DNA of 64,000 nt, taken from positions 13,516,001 through 13,580,000 of the forward strand of contig JAQFVV010000008.1 in NCBI GenBank assembly GCA_028023455.1, in the 5' to 3' direction. Positions 13,664-26,625 of this stretch are shown here, one piece after another. The notes under the pieces are model-generated. The model was not told where the DNA came from. It ran no database searches and saw only the letters and a list, made by a program, of their open reading frames with translations. The stretch comes from Epiperipatus broadwayi (Eukaryota; Animalia; Onychophora). Both the position numbers and the translations under genes were made by a program. Positions within the stretch are counted from its first letter, which is position 1; each line of letters opens with the position of its first letter.

Positions 13664-15139
13664 ATTAAGGGTTTTTTTTCAATCTATTTGAAAATTTATT
13701 TGTGAGAATCATTAACTAATATATATATATAATAAGAAAATAGTCTGCAATTGGATGCAATCTTCTCTATCGCCCTCTTCCCCCTAAGAAAAGGAAGGTC
13801 TTTCAATTTTATTTTTCACTAATTAAGAATAACTAAATATTCGTTTATTGACTAATAATTGCATACTAGCCCATAGCCAATCAATTATTTATTGATCTAT
13901 GAAATGTCCGTGCGTATAAAACTATAAATGTAAAATAATAGTACGTATTTATTTTTGTAAGTAGCACGGATTTCTTCACTTTAATAACATTCCCTTTATT
14001 GGAAAATTACTCTAGAAATTCGCTGGAAAGATCATCCCAAAATTATAGATTAAATTAGAATAGAATTTATATGCAAATAAAGCTAATTGAATACAAATTA
14101 GATCATATATATATCCCAGTAAATGAAGGAAAGGAAGCAGCTAAAATGGTTAGAGTAGATTAAAGTTAGTGTTGATTTGAGAGATAATAGACCAGCAGGA
14201 AGAATGATCAATGATAGACTAGTAGATCGAATAGCTGTGATTAAGATTAAAATGGAATAGTTGCAAGCAAGAAGCAGCTACTTGTTTATGTATTGAAAAG
14301 TTTATAACAAGTGAAGAGTAATTAACTGAAGTTTAACTAAACCGTAAGAAACAAGTTGGAAAACAGAGATGGTTAATGTATAACGTATAAATTGTGTGCT
14401 GAAGTAAGCACTGATATTGCGAACTTTAATAGACTTATTCCATGCGTGAAATTAGATGTGCTTATTTGTGTTTCTAGAAAATTTAATTTAAAAGCACAAG
14501 TAATTAATAACTGGATTACTCCTGGTATGGAACAAGATTATTTTCACCCGAGGAAAATAAACAGCGTATGAATATTAATGGACTATTATCTTGTTTTTAC
14601 CACATTATGATTTGTTGTTAAATAATATAAATTTCAAAGTATATTGTTTCTTTATTTCACTCCCTAACTGGTCTTTAGAGATACTCAAGACATAGCAGTC
14701 TATAAATGGGAAACTATCTATATTTAACTAGAAGATAAAACGAAATTGAAAAACTGTTAAACTTTCAATAATTCTGGTAACAGCTTCTTTTTCATTACTT
14801 CTCTTTGACAAATTGTCGAAGAAATTTTGTCTGACTATTTAGAAACTGTTTTAATATATATATTAATCAACGATTCTCACTGATGAACTTCGAAAATGGA
14901 TAAAAAATCACAATACTGAGCTTTATTATGGAATCTAGAAAATAAATCTATCATGATGGGTTTTAATATTTGGGCTGGCCATTGTTATATAATCTAGCTT
15001 TCATGATGAAGATTAATGTTATGCTTATATATGTAATTATCACAATTAATTATTTCTCATAAAAAAAATTGTTGAAGGATTATTTTAGTGTTATATGGCT
15101 ATCTTTGAACCATCTTTCCATTCACATCTTTTTAATTAT

Positions 15140-17985
15140 CCATCCATCTGTTTAATTATTCAGAGATATATACACACATTGGCTAATATACTGGTATGTC
15201 AAAAGTCAGAATTCGTAGACATTTATTTGGATAAATTATTGAACAAATCTATTAACAATGTCAGGTTAACTCTTTGGTGCGATGCTTCTTTTTTGGAGTC
15301 AAGAATCTCTCAGTCACTATGTCCAGAGAAACCTGTTAGCCACTTTACCTTCCCTTTCCATTCCCCTACCTAAGTTTTTCCTATATCCTTCTCTGACCTG
15401 CTCCATTCAATTTCCACAACATAATCTTTATCAACTCCATGGCCTTTATATCTAAATCTGCCCGTATCTTTTTCCAAACACAGCATAAAAGCAAGAACCC
15501 ACTTTCTGTATAATCATTGTTTATATTTATTCTCCCACTACTTCATTATTTGTACCCTTTCTGCTTGCAGACATTTACATTCAATTAACTGATGCCTAAT
15601 ATTTTCTATGCCTTCTTTACACAACTTGCAGACAAATTGTCCATTTTTTTCCATTTATGGATATATGCCCTTATTGCTAAAAATCCTGTACAAGCCTTAA
15701 ACACTAAATTACTTTCCTTGCTATTATCATACATTAACCTGCACACAATATTCTGTTCTATACATATTTAAACTCTTTTTACTCTCCATACTAGTTCTCC
15801 ATCTCTCAACTCCCTATTTTTTATTAATGCATCTATTCTTTTATCCCATTCCTTTGCACTATAACACTCAACAATTCTCCTAACAACAATCATCTCACTT
15901 TTTGTATAAGTATATTGACATAAATTCTTTATCCAAATCTTTTGCATACTATACTATCTTTCTCACCCATCTTGTTGTCTGTTCTTTACTCATAACCCAA
16001 TTAGATACTATTTTGGATATTCTCTTATTATCCATAAATTGCAGTCTATCAAACATGTTCATTTTGCTTTTTGCAACTCTCATATAAAAATTTGACTATC
16101 CCATTTGTCCTTGAATTGCCTCCTTTGCCATCCACACCTCTGCATCTAATGCATGTCTTCCAACTTCTCTTTGCACTTTTTTTTAAGGAATCTAACACTC
16201 CTTTACTAACATATATGTTAATGCTGCTACTGCCACTTCCATAGAATTCTAACTACATCATATTTATTATATGAAAACACTGTTAATTTCTTTATCAGTC
16301 CCTTATCAATTTTTTCTCCCATTCATTCAAGCAATTTCTCTGATTACTTAAGATGATTCCCAAATAGTTATACCTATTCACCACATTTAACTTTATATCC
16401 CCCAATAAAAATTCTTTCTCTTCTCTTTCCCCAGTATTTATCATCATTACTTTTGATTTTTCTTGACTAAATTTAATCCCCATGTCTTTACCGATCCTTT
16501 GTGCATGCCTTCAGCATAATTTCCATATCTTCCCTACTTTCTGTGCATAAAAAAGACATCATCCGCAAATAAAAGACCTGATAATGTATATATTCCCTTG
16601 CCACCTATTAATAGTATCTCTAGTCCCTCTTCCTAGCCTTTCTATTGCTCTCTCCATTTCTCTCAAATACCACAAAAACAAAATAGGTGACATAGAGCAT
16701 CCTTGCTTTAGTCCCACCCCATTTTTAACTTTAACTGATTCTATATTTCCTAATTGATACATATAGTAATTATTTTCATACAATCTCTTAATAAGATCCA
16801 CTAAAGCTCCATCCATTCCCAAATTTACTAAACTTACCCATAATCTATTTCTATTTACTCTGTCATATGCCTTCTCTATATCTATAAAAACTATATATAA
16901 CTGTCTACTTGTATTTCTACTAATATCTGTAAGTTGTGTAAATACAAACAAACTATCTCCTATATGCCTATCCAATTGAAAACTTCCTTGGCATTTCTTC
17001 CACTATATTATTTTCCTCCAACCATTTTGTGACCCTTCCAGCCATCATATATGCAAAAAACTTTATATAATACTGATATTACCACTATTGGTCTATAATT
17101 GCTTAACTTTCTATGACTCTTACCCTTTCCTTTAAATAGTAACCTTCCTCTTGTACTATTCCAACTATCTGGAAATTCTCTTTCCTGTGCCATCTTATTA
17201 AAACATGATAATAGGTTTAATTTTGCCCTATTTCCTAAATTCATCACCATCTCTGCTGCCCATCCATCTAAACCTCTTGCCATTCCATTTTTCAATTTCT
17301 TCCTTGCCTCATTCAATTCATTTCTGTAAAATTAATATTTTCATTACTATATGCTTTCATGCTTTTTACCACTCTATCCTTCATATCTAACATCTTTTCT
17401 ATATCCATCACATACTTATTTAAGATTGTCTCTAATTCTTCTCTAGAGCTACACTCAATTCCCTCATCAAAAAGTAATACTATTTTTCTCTCTCCTACAT
17501 TCCTTCTTTTAATGTATTTCCAATTTTTTTTACTCCCATCTCTTCCACTTTTATTAATATCCTCCAACAATTTACTATTTAATTTCATTCTCTCTATATA
17601 ATTATTTATTTCAGTCAATTTCTTTTTTTTAAAAAAAAAACTTTTCCCATTTAATATTTACACTTTCTTTGTTTTTAATAGCACATTTACATTCTCTGCA
17701 TGCTTTTTCCTCTCTTTTACACTTTTACCAACTCTTCACCTAAAACCATATTTGCCACTTTTTCTACTTTACCACATCAGTCCTTATATTCATCCCTAAC
17801 CAATTCTTCCATGATTTCTTCAACTTTTATTTTATATTCGTCTAACTTATTCTTATCATTAATTCTCTATCCACATCTTTCCCTATCTTTTCTACTTTTA
17901 TTACTATTTTCCATCACATTACTAACCATTTCTATTATAAAGCAATGCCCTGACACCTGGAGCAAGAACACTATATTATAAATTA
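15140..17985 (-). mobile_element. 5'-truncated, decayed non-LTR retrotransposon (RT and end of endonuclease)
   Basis: ORF fragments 17008-17316 (ARGLDG, NYRPIVVISVLYKVF), 16559-16975 (FIDIEKAYDRV, GLKQGCSMSPILF) and 16295-16483 (FSQEKSKVM, YNYLGI); FADD at about 16550-16570. Boundaries approximate. Confidence 0.85.
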
Positions 17986-19910
17986 CATAATAAGATTAAT
18001 GGGTATTAATACAACATGGCCCAGTAGTCAGCACATCTTTCTGCCATGCTAACAACAACCCAAGGTTCATATATAGGCTGAATAAAACTTCATAATTTTT
18101 CAGTTCCAAGCAGGATTAAGATTTTTATTTCAGGCAATTATTCTATATCCAACTCAACAAGCCATTCAATATTGGTCAGTAATGAGTATCTAGCTGTTAT
18201 TTTCTAGAGGTTAAGATATATATGAAAATATCTAAATAATTTAATTATTGTATTTTTAATGTATGAATCAGAGCTTATTTCTTAAAATACTTGACTAATG
18301 AAGAAATTAAACTGATTTCAAAATTTAAAGAAAAAATAATTCAATGAATAAAGACATATAGATCATGTGGAGTAGAAATTAGTTGATTAGTTTGCCATAT
18401 CTTGGTCAAGGATTTAAATCCAAAATAAAGTTTGCAGACTTTCAAATAATTTGAAAACTTCCTTCCAAAAAAACTCGCAATTATTTCAGATAATGTATAA
18501 CTGACACAGTTAGCCATCAACCCTGATTTAATAAATAGTATCTGGTATTCTTAACTGAAAGATAAAGTTTCAGAATAATCTAGGTTAGTCAGGTGAGTAG
18601 AAAAACAATACGAATAAGGTTCAAGCTTCTCCTCTAGTGCCATTTATCTATGGATGCTAAGTCCATAATTTATCTTTACAAAACATCTTAATAGTTTTTA
18701 AATTAACATAACTTTTTTAAAAGCTTTATTGATTTTTTAATTTCTAATTCAACAACAATTTTTAAAGTCAAGTTATCATTAAGTTAGTATTAATATCAGT
18801 AATCATTCATGTTCTTCCCATTTTTCTGTAGTATACTAAAACAATTGAATATTCTTTTGATATTTAACATTTGCTATATATGTTGTTAAAATGGCATATT
18901 AAAATTCCTATAATAATATCATATAAAAATTATTGAAATTAAATTTCTTATATAGAATGTAAATTAATAAATAATATACACTTCAAGCCTTTTTTTCTTT
19001 TTCTTATGGAAAATTCTTATTAATATTAGAACACTATATTTTTTTCATCTTGATGCTTAATTTGAGTTTCTATGAAAATTTATTGAATTTTGGTTAACAA
19101 AGTACTGATGAAGCTATGGAAGAATTTTATGCTTAATTAGAACAAGCATTTGTTTTTGACGTTATTTTAAATAAGATTTTACAGTAATGTTGCATAAATA
19201 CTTATTATGAATAATATATATAATATGTAATAAATTAAAAATAATAATAATATGCTTCATATGCAGAAAAAATAATGAAAACATTAAATATGACATTAAT
19301 ATATTTTTAGAACTGATCACTCCTATCAAAGGTAACTATTATATTCAAAATAAATAAATAATTTTTTTTTAAATATAATAGTTGCCTTTGTTCAAAGGTG
19401 CTCTGCACCAAAACTGCATTAAGTTTATATTTGACATTTTCAATATTTTTCTCCATCTATGAAGCAATATTAGTATTATCTTCAATTGAATGATATGTAT
19501 AATAACTGCATAATGGACATGCCATTTTTGGCTTGTAACTTCGGTGCAAAGGTTTCTTTATGAATACATCAAATGTACAAATATAGCTATAAAAAAACAT
19601 ATGCTTTACATAGGTAAGAATATATGTAAGTTTAAGAAACTTGAAATAGGTTAACCTCTTAAAAGTTACATGCACAGCAGAAAACTGAATATACAATCAA
19701 TGTTAATTTCTTTTTTGTGAAAGTCTAGGCATAAACTATTTAGTTTACAAATAAATTCACTCAAACAGACATACGAACACTTATACACAAACACAATTAT
19801 TTTTTCAAGAAAAAATAAATGAGAATTATTCAGATCTTTATATTTATATAACTAATATACTAATAAATATATATGTACAATATTCTGAATCTGTTTTAGG
19901 ATATACTTAC

Positions 19911-20020
19911 ACTGTTGTATAACATAAGGTGATAATTCATTGAGAATAATTTCTGAAAGTTGATATTTGGTCAATTTGAAAACACATAATGATTTCTGGT
20001 ATAGCTGATTTTCAGGTAAA
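19911..20020 (-). CDS. AP5B1: AP-5 complex subunit beta-1, penultimate exon (110 bp)
   Basis: Acceptor ttttttcctttaattatcatag| at 20021 and perfect donor |gtaagt at 19910. Phase 2 in and phase 1 out join both neighbouring exons in frame. Encodes (S)LPENQLYQKSLCVFKLTKYQLSEIILNELSPYVIQQ; LSPYVI aligns to human LEPFVV. Confidence 0.8.
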
Positions 20021-21910
20021 CTATGATAATTAAAGGAAAAAAATAAATATTATTAAAGCATTACAATTCATCCAAAAAAATTAGGTAAACATTTGGTAAA
20101 TTCATTAATTGGAATAATAATAAAAAAATATTTTTTCTCTCTTTTGTGTGCTTGTTTAAATAATGTTTTTATTTATAACTTTTACAATTGTTATCACCAA
20201 ACACAAATATCTAAATGCATAAGAAAAGATTCGACATTTCACTAAACTAACTTATACTTAGATCTCAGATCTTTATAAGTTAGCAGCAATTATTTACAGA
20301 AGAAAGATATTTAAAATAGAAAAAACAATATGATATTCTTTACATTGAAAACAGTTGGTATCAGTCATTGTAATAGAATTATGACTAAGTCTCCACTATA
20401 CTTCAAATAATGTTCTGTAAACAATTATTCAATATAATTATAAAGAAATATGATGATTTTTTATAAATCAGCAATTTTTAAAATAAACTCTTAAATCATG
20501 CATATTATTATCTATATCAAATAACCTTATAATCCAGTGAATGCATTCAATTTACATTCAACATCAAAATGTTTAGAATGGAAAGAAAAATCTTTGCTAT
20601 TTAAGTCAATTATTTAGCAAAAATACAGAATAAACTGTTTCAATATTATTAAAATTATTTAGCAAATGATAGTATACATCTACTAATTTAGGTTCTGAAG
20701 CAAAAATCATTACTTATATACATTACGAACATATAATTCCATTTATGATTTAAACCAATCTTTATAAACTAGTATTTTTCTGACCATCAACTTGCAGTTA
20801 TCTTTGAATCATCCTTAAACAATTTGAAAGATTATGTTCAAAAAGAATACCAGTGCTTATTTTTTTTTATATGACTGAGACAATTTTAATTTATATTTTA
20901 TTAATTAAGATAGCAAGATCAACACTATAATGATGATACTCTGACAGAATCTGCAAAAACATTAACAACATATTTAAACAAATTAATATATCTACTAATA
21001 CATTAAAAATAAATTAAATAGCAGATTAGATGTTACATCTATATCTAAATGGAATCAACATCAATAATAGTGGGTAACTGAAAGCTACATATCTTAAAAA
21101 TTCTTTAAAATATCAAATAATTATATTAATTGTGTTTAATTTTAAATATAACATATAGTTAACTATTATACAAAAAAATGATGATAACAATATCCTAGAA
21201 ATGATTATTTTGTTACATATAAATATTCTGAACATATTCTTTAAATTACAATAACTACATAAATACTAACATAGACAGAGTCTAGATTTGTATCATCAAT
21301 AAAATATTCAACCCATTCAGCAACTTCCAAATCAATTGAAATTATAACAATTTCAAAAACAATAAGGCATACCAAAATGTTTAATATATAGACAGTATAG
21401 AACCAGAAGATTTTATGCCTAACATATGTAAGTAGTTATGAATACAATTTTTGATCTAAATAAAAAAAAAAACCCAAGAATTATACAAAACAAAATATTG
21501 GATGATTTTAATACAAAAAAGCTTATTTCAATATCATTTTATTGCCCTCCTCATTTAATATTTATTATTATGAATATTGCAGACTATTATACATAATAAT
21601 ATCTAGATTTTTTTTTAACTGTAACTTTTTTCCTTCCCTCTCCAACTTCTCATATAACTATTATATATATTATGCAGCAATTAAAAAAAAATACTATTAT
21701 TATGCATTTATATTCATACTCACAACATAAAAAAGCTATTATTTATATGTAGTAAGCTGTAATAATCAAGCGGTATGTTGTTCATATGGTTACTACTCCA
21801 TAATTGATTTCTTTTGTTTGTCTACATAATCTTTATAAATTATTTTCATAATTGAATTGCTTCATATAGAATTCCATGAACTGATACCTCACATTATATC
21901 CAATATACAA

Positions 21911-21911
21911 A

Positions 21912-21967
<56 letters not shown>

Positions 21968-22046
21968 CCACCATCACCATCACCATCACCATCACCACCA
22001 CCACCACCACCACCACCACCACCACCACCACCACCACCACCACCAC

Positions 22047-22126
<80 letters not shown>
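21911..22126. repeat. Compound trinucleotide microsatellite (CAT)n-(CAC)n-(TAT)n
   Basis: Directly visible; about 215 bp, with a CAT/CAC interspersed transition zone. Confidence 0.97.
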
Positions 22127-22127
<1 letters not shown>

Positions 22128-22166
22128 ATAAATAATTTAATTTTTAAATAAGTAAATATAACTAAC

Positions 22167-22349
22167 CTGCTTTTTGCACCTTCCTTGAAAGAATCCCACA
22201 GACTGGAGTAAATCTTTTCTCTCCAAAAGATGTCTTGCTGACTCCACTGAGGAGGAACAGGTAGAGAACAGAAAAGATCAGAAAATTTAACTTCCAATGG
22301 TTCAAGACTAGTTGAATAAATTTGCCCATTCAGAGTTGAAAAAGTAATA
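22167..22349 (-). CDS. AP5B1: AP-5 complex subunit beta-1, internal exon (183 bp)
   Basis: Acceptor tttttttttaaaaacag| at 22350 and donor AG|gttagt at 22166. Encodes ITFSTLNGQIYSTSLEPLEVKFSDLFCSLPVPPQWSQQDIFWREKIYSSLWDSFKEGAKS, matching recalled AP5B1 LPPLFVNFADLF...LWDSCLPEGAES. Confidence 0.85.
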
Positions 22350-25300
22350 CTGTTTTTAAAAAAAAAATATATCTTATTTCTACATTCTACAGGAATATTT
22401 ACATCTAAACATATTAATAAATATAGGTATATGTTTCAATGTTTTAATAAAATTTTCATTAATAACAAATTATTTTCATTGTACTTGAATAAAAATTATT
22501 AATTTTAATTATTATATTTAATAACATATTAGTTTTTTTATATTAACTATGAAAAAAAAAATCTCAAAATTATCAATAAATAAAAAAATTAATAAAATAA
22601 AAACATCACTTTAAGTAAATTACACACTGTTAACTTTTTATGTAATGTATATTTAATATTGTTCTGTTATAAAATATGCCAGATAATCACGAATATTTTT
22701 TAAGTTATTAAATATAATATTATCTATATATGCAATTTAGAAACATGTTTTCAATTAAATTATTGTAAGACCCATCTTCAACTAACAGTTTATATTGATT
22801 AAATGAAGATAGCGATTAAATCAATCTACATTTCTAATTGTATTAATATAGATCAATTTTAATAAGCACTTAGGACGATGATAATATACCCTTAAGACAC
22901 TAATATCAATTACCAGAATAATCAGTTACATACACAATCAGTTACATAAACACTTTCATGTTTGTAAACTAATAGAAAATAAAAAATGAGAAACTGAACT
23001 CCAGTATGAGTTTTGAAATTGAACTATGTTTCATCATTGTGCTCAATACATCTCATACTGCATCGTATTTTGAACAGAAACAAATTTCTAATTATAAAGC
23101 AATTTATCATTTAAATTGCTGATTACATAAATAATTTATATTCTATTCTAGTAATGTTTCATTATGTTTAACCTCTAAATATGCACTCTGAAATAGCAAC
23201 TCTACACATTCACTCAGAAATATATATGAAGATGTTTAAAACCTATGAAATTTAATAAGCAGAACCTTTTTTTAATGAGTTGCTTTTACTTTCTAATTTG
23301 CAAGATGTAGGCCATGAACATAATTTGAAGCAGATAGTATCAAATTTATTAATAAAAAAAACTGAAAACTGATGATGCTAATGTTATTTAACAAATTTTT
23401 TTTTTTATCAATTCTTTAAATTTTTGAATACTAAATTTATATCATTTTTTCTGTTTACAAATAATAAACAATTACATTTTTTAAAGCTGAGTCTATTTGT
23501 AAGCCTACAACAATTAAAAATATTGCACAGGAATTCCTAATAAAAGATATAATAATAATAAGTGCTTCTAAAATAGTACATTATAAAAAAAAATAATCTA
23601 AATCACATAGTAATTTAGATTTATAAAAAAATTTATAACATAAAATTCAATAATTTATATTACAAAAAAAAATCATAAACGTTTTCACTTAATATGTATA
23701 TAATTGCTAATATATTATTAAATAGAATTTAAAAAAAATATCAGAATATTCAATACCAAAATATGTTGCAAACTTTCATCATTAAAGTACCTATAATCAT
23801 TCACTCATTTTCAGTGTGTCTTACTTGGTTTCTAGATGCATATTTATTTCCCAAGCATCACATTTCAGATAAGATTCCAAGCTCAAATAATGATTTTATT
23901 CAGCAATCTATCCAGATGATAATATACTTATAGATGTTTATTTCCATAGCTGATGCAGAAATACAATGAAAACAACTGCTTTCTAATGCTGGACTGATAT
24001 TATTCATAGAACAGATGAATTGATGGATCATTCACAATTTTTCCTTATTATCTGTTTTTAACATAGCAATGCAGAGGATTGTAATTAGCCTCACCTCAAG
24101 GAATAATGAATAAGGAATAATGAATTATAAAGTAGCCTTTCAGTCCTTTTATATTTTGACCTTCTGATAATTCAAAACCAGTTCACCTAAAACCATAAGT
24201 TGATAATTCTTTTTCAAACTACTAATCTTTTTTTTCCTCCCATGACTAAACATCATAAGATGTTTTTTTTTTTTATTTTGACTTTAATTCTATTAAGTTC
24301 TTTATTAGTAAGATTCCTTAAATCAAAATTTTATAGGATCCAAATATCCTTGTTTTTATAATATCAGATTATCCAAAATTCAAGGAATAAATTGTACATT
24401 ATGACAATTATATCATTAATAAACCAAATTATATATATATGCCTCTAGACAAAGAATATTCCTCCCTTCTTTTATATGAGATTATAAAATGACTAATTTA
24501 GCATCCTTTGTGATTTTACAATGAATTTTTAATTTTTGATTATATTAAATATATTCTATATCTTATCTTTCCTCATCTTGAATAAATATATAAATATTCT
24601 AACATTCAGTCAGATGTGGGATGCTTCTTAGTATGAAAATATATTGTAACCATGTGGAAAACAAGGGTTTAAACTAGCTACACTTGGGCAGCTAAAAGTA
24701 ACCGATGGATTACTCATGACAAAAGAACTAACCTAATGTAATCAAATTTGTATTCTAGAAAATTATTTCAATGGTCAAACTGGATTCTGATTATATTTAT
24801 GAAGCTCATGAATTATGGCTAAATTTCAATACCACCAACTTACATTGATTTAATTAAAAGAGAAATCCCCCAAGACTATACACATTTATATTAAATTTGA
24901 TAGAATAAAAATCTAGACACCATCCCAAAGAACAGGAATATTCATATATGAGGTTTGAACTCGCTTTATAATCGTAATATCATATATACATGTTTAGTGC
25001 TGTTGGGCAAAAATCTCATTTCATTAATTATCATATGCGACTCTATCAAAGTAAATTATTTGAATTTAGATTGTAATGATATAATATGCAAAAATTAGAC
25101 AAGTAATTAAAATTTTTACCAAGTTCTTTTATGATCAACATCTTTTAAAGTCTTTTGTTGAGATTAATATTTTGTTTTACTCTTCTGTTTGTTTATTTTA
25201 ATTCAGATTGGCCATTCACTTGTAAATTTGGGGGGAGGGGGATCATTACCTCACTTCACACTACATATGTAACTTCAGATATACAACACTTTCCTTCATA

Positions 25301-26227
25301 AGGAAACACTTCTATTTGACAGATTTCTGGCAAACAAAATATAGCAGGCAAACATTCCTTAGTAATGGAGGTTAGGTCTTACATTTTAGGTTCTTTCACA
25401 CTCATCTTTGGCTAATTACTAGGAATTACATCATGTTCACACTATCAAACACACACACAGAAAGTTAGCAATAAATCTCCATTAAAACTTGGTAACACAT
25501 GATGTTATTCATGGTATACATATATAAAATCAATAGCCCATTGCCTTCAACATGACTTCAAGAGTTTCCGGAACTTGAAGTTCATTAGCCAGTGGTCACA
25601 ATAGATATATTTCAAACAATCTATAAGTATGAGTAGGAAAAAAAAATAGCATTAAAATATTTACTTAACTTTTTATGAGAAAACCTGTCCATTATCTAGA
25701 GGAGTGGTCTTCAACCACCGGTCCGTGGACTGGCATCGGTCTGCGAACCAACACCAGGCTGCATAAGTTTTCTGCCGGGCCGCGCTAGACTGACAAGAAA
25801 GTTAGTAATAACAAAATAATAAGATTTTAAACTTTTAATTAATACAAACAGTTTTTATTTATTTTTTCATCGCATTTTTACCCGGTTAAAAGAAAAGAAA
25901 CAGAACAAAAACGAAATCTAATCAATCATACATAAATTAATTTGTTTTTCTATTTATCACAGATGTTTATGGAGGAGTAGAATTAAATTTTTTATTCTTT
26001 TTCTAAAAAAATTAAAAAAAAAAAAGTTTATTATACAAACTCCAGTTGATTTTGATAGCCAATCACGGCCGCTTGTCGGCATTATGTGTTAAAACAATAA
26101 AATGTAATGTTACCGGGCCGCAATTTTAAAAATACGCTGACTTTTTTTGATCTCTTAAATTTTTTCTACTCCCTCTGTTAATACAATATTTCATTTTTTG
26201 TGTTGTTTTTTTTTTTTTTTTTTTGCT

Positions 26228-26625
26228 TTAACTTTTATTTTTGAAATCAATTTTTTTTTTACCTTTTTTTAAAAATAAAAACCAAAATAACCTCTGTCTC
26301 TAACTTTTACAAAGTATTTCTCAACACCCCTCCCCACCCCAAAATAAAGTAAGATCAAAACTTTTGAATTTTTGAAGTTTCAGTTTTTTTTTTTGTTTAA
26401 AAATACGGCCACTTTTTTTTGGCCTATAAGGCAATATCTTTTTTGCCTTTATTTGTATACCGCTAATATACTAAAACTTTTATTTTTAAAACCAATTTTT
26501 ATTACCTTCTTTTAAAAATAAAAACAAACCAAAAGTAACTTTTGTCTCAGTGAAGTCAAAGTATTTCTCACTCTCACCCACCCCCAAATTAAAATAAGAT
26601 CTTTTTTGGCTTTAACTTTTATTTT
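26228..26625 (+). repeat. Left part of an internal array of about 380-bp units (two related subunits)
   Basis: Unit aacttttatttttgaaatcaa...caaagtatttctca...aaataagatc is repeated here and again at 32240-32650. Confidence 0.8.

Noticed and set aside
14872-14905. CTGATGA-acttc-GAAA motif
   Set aside because: No stem II can form in 5 nt, and there is no stem I/III pairing.
18010-18660. Minus-strand peptides YEPWVVVS and PYSYCFSTHL resembling AP5B1
   Set aside because: In-frame stops and poor splice sites; the true exons at 19911-20020 and 9928-10118 account for those regions.
21857-22135. 92-aa ORF with poly-S/P/L tracts
   Set aside because: Translation artefact of the compound microsatellite; no stops are possible in that frame.
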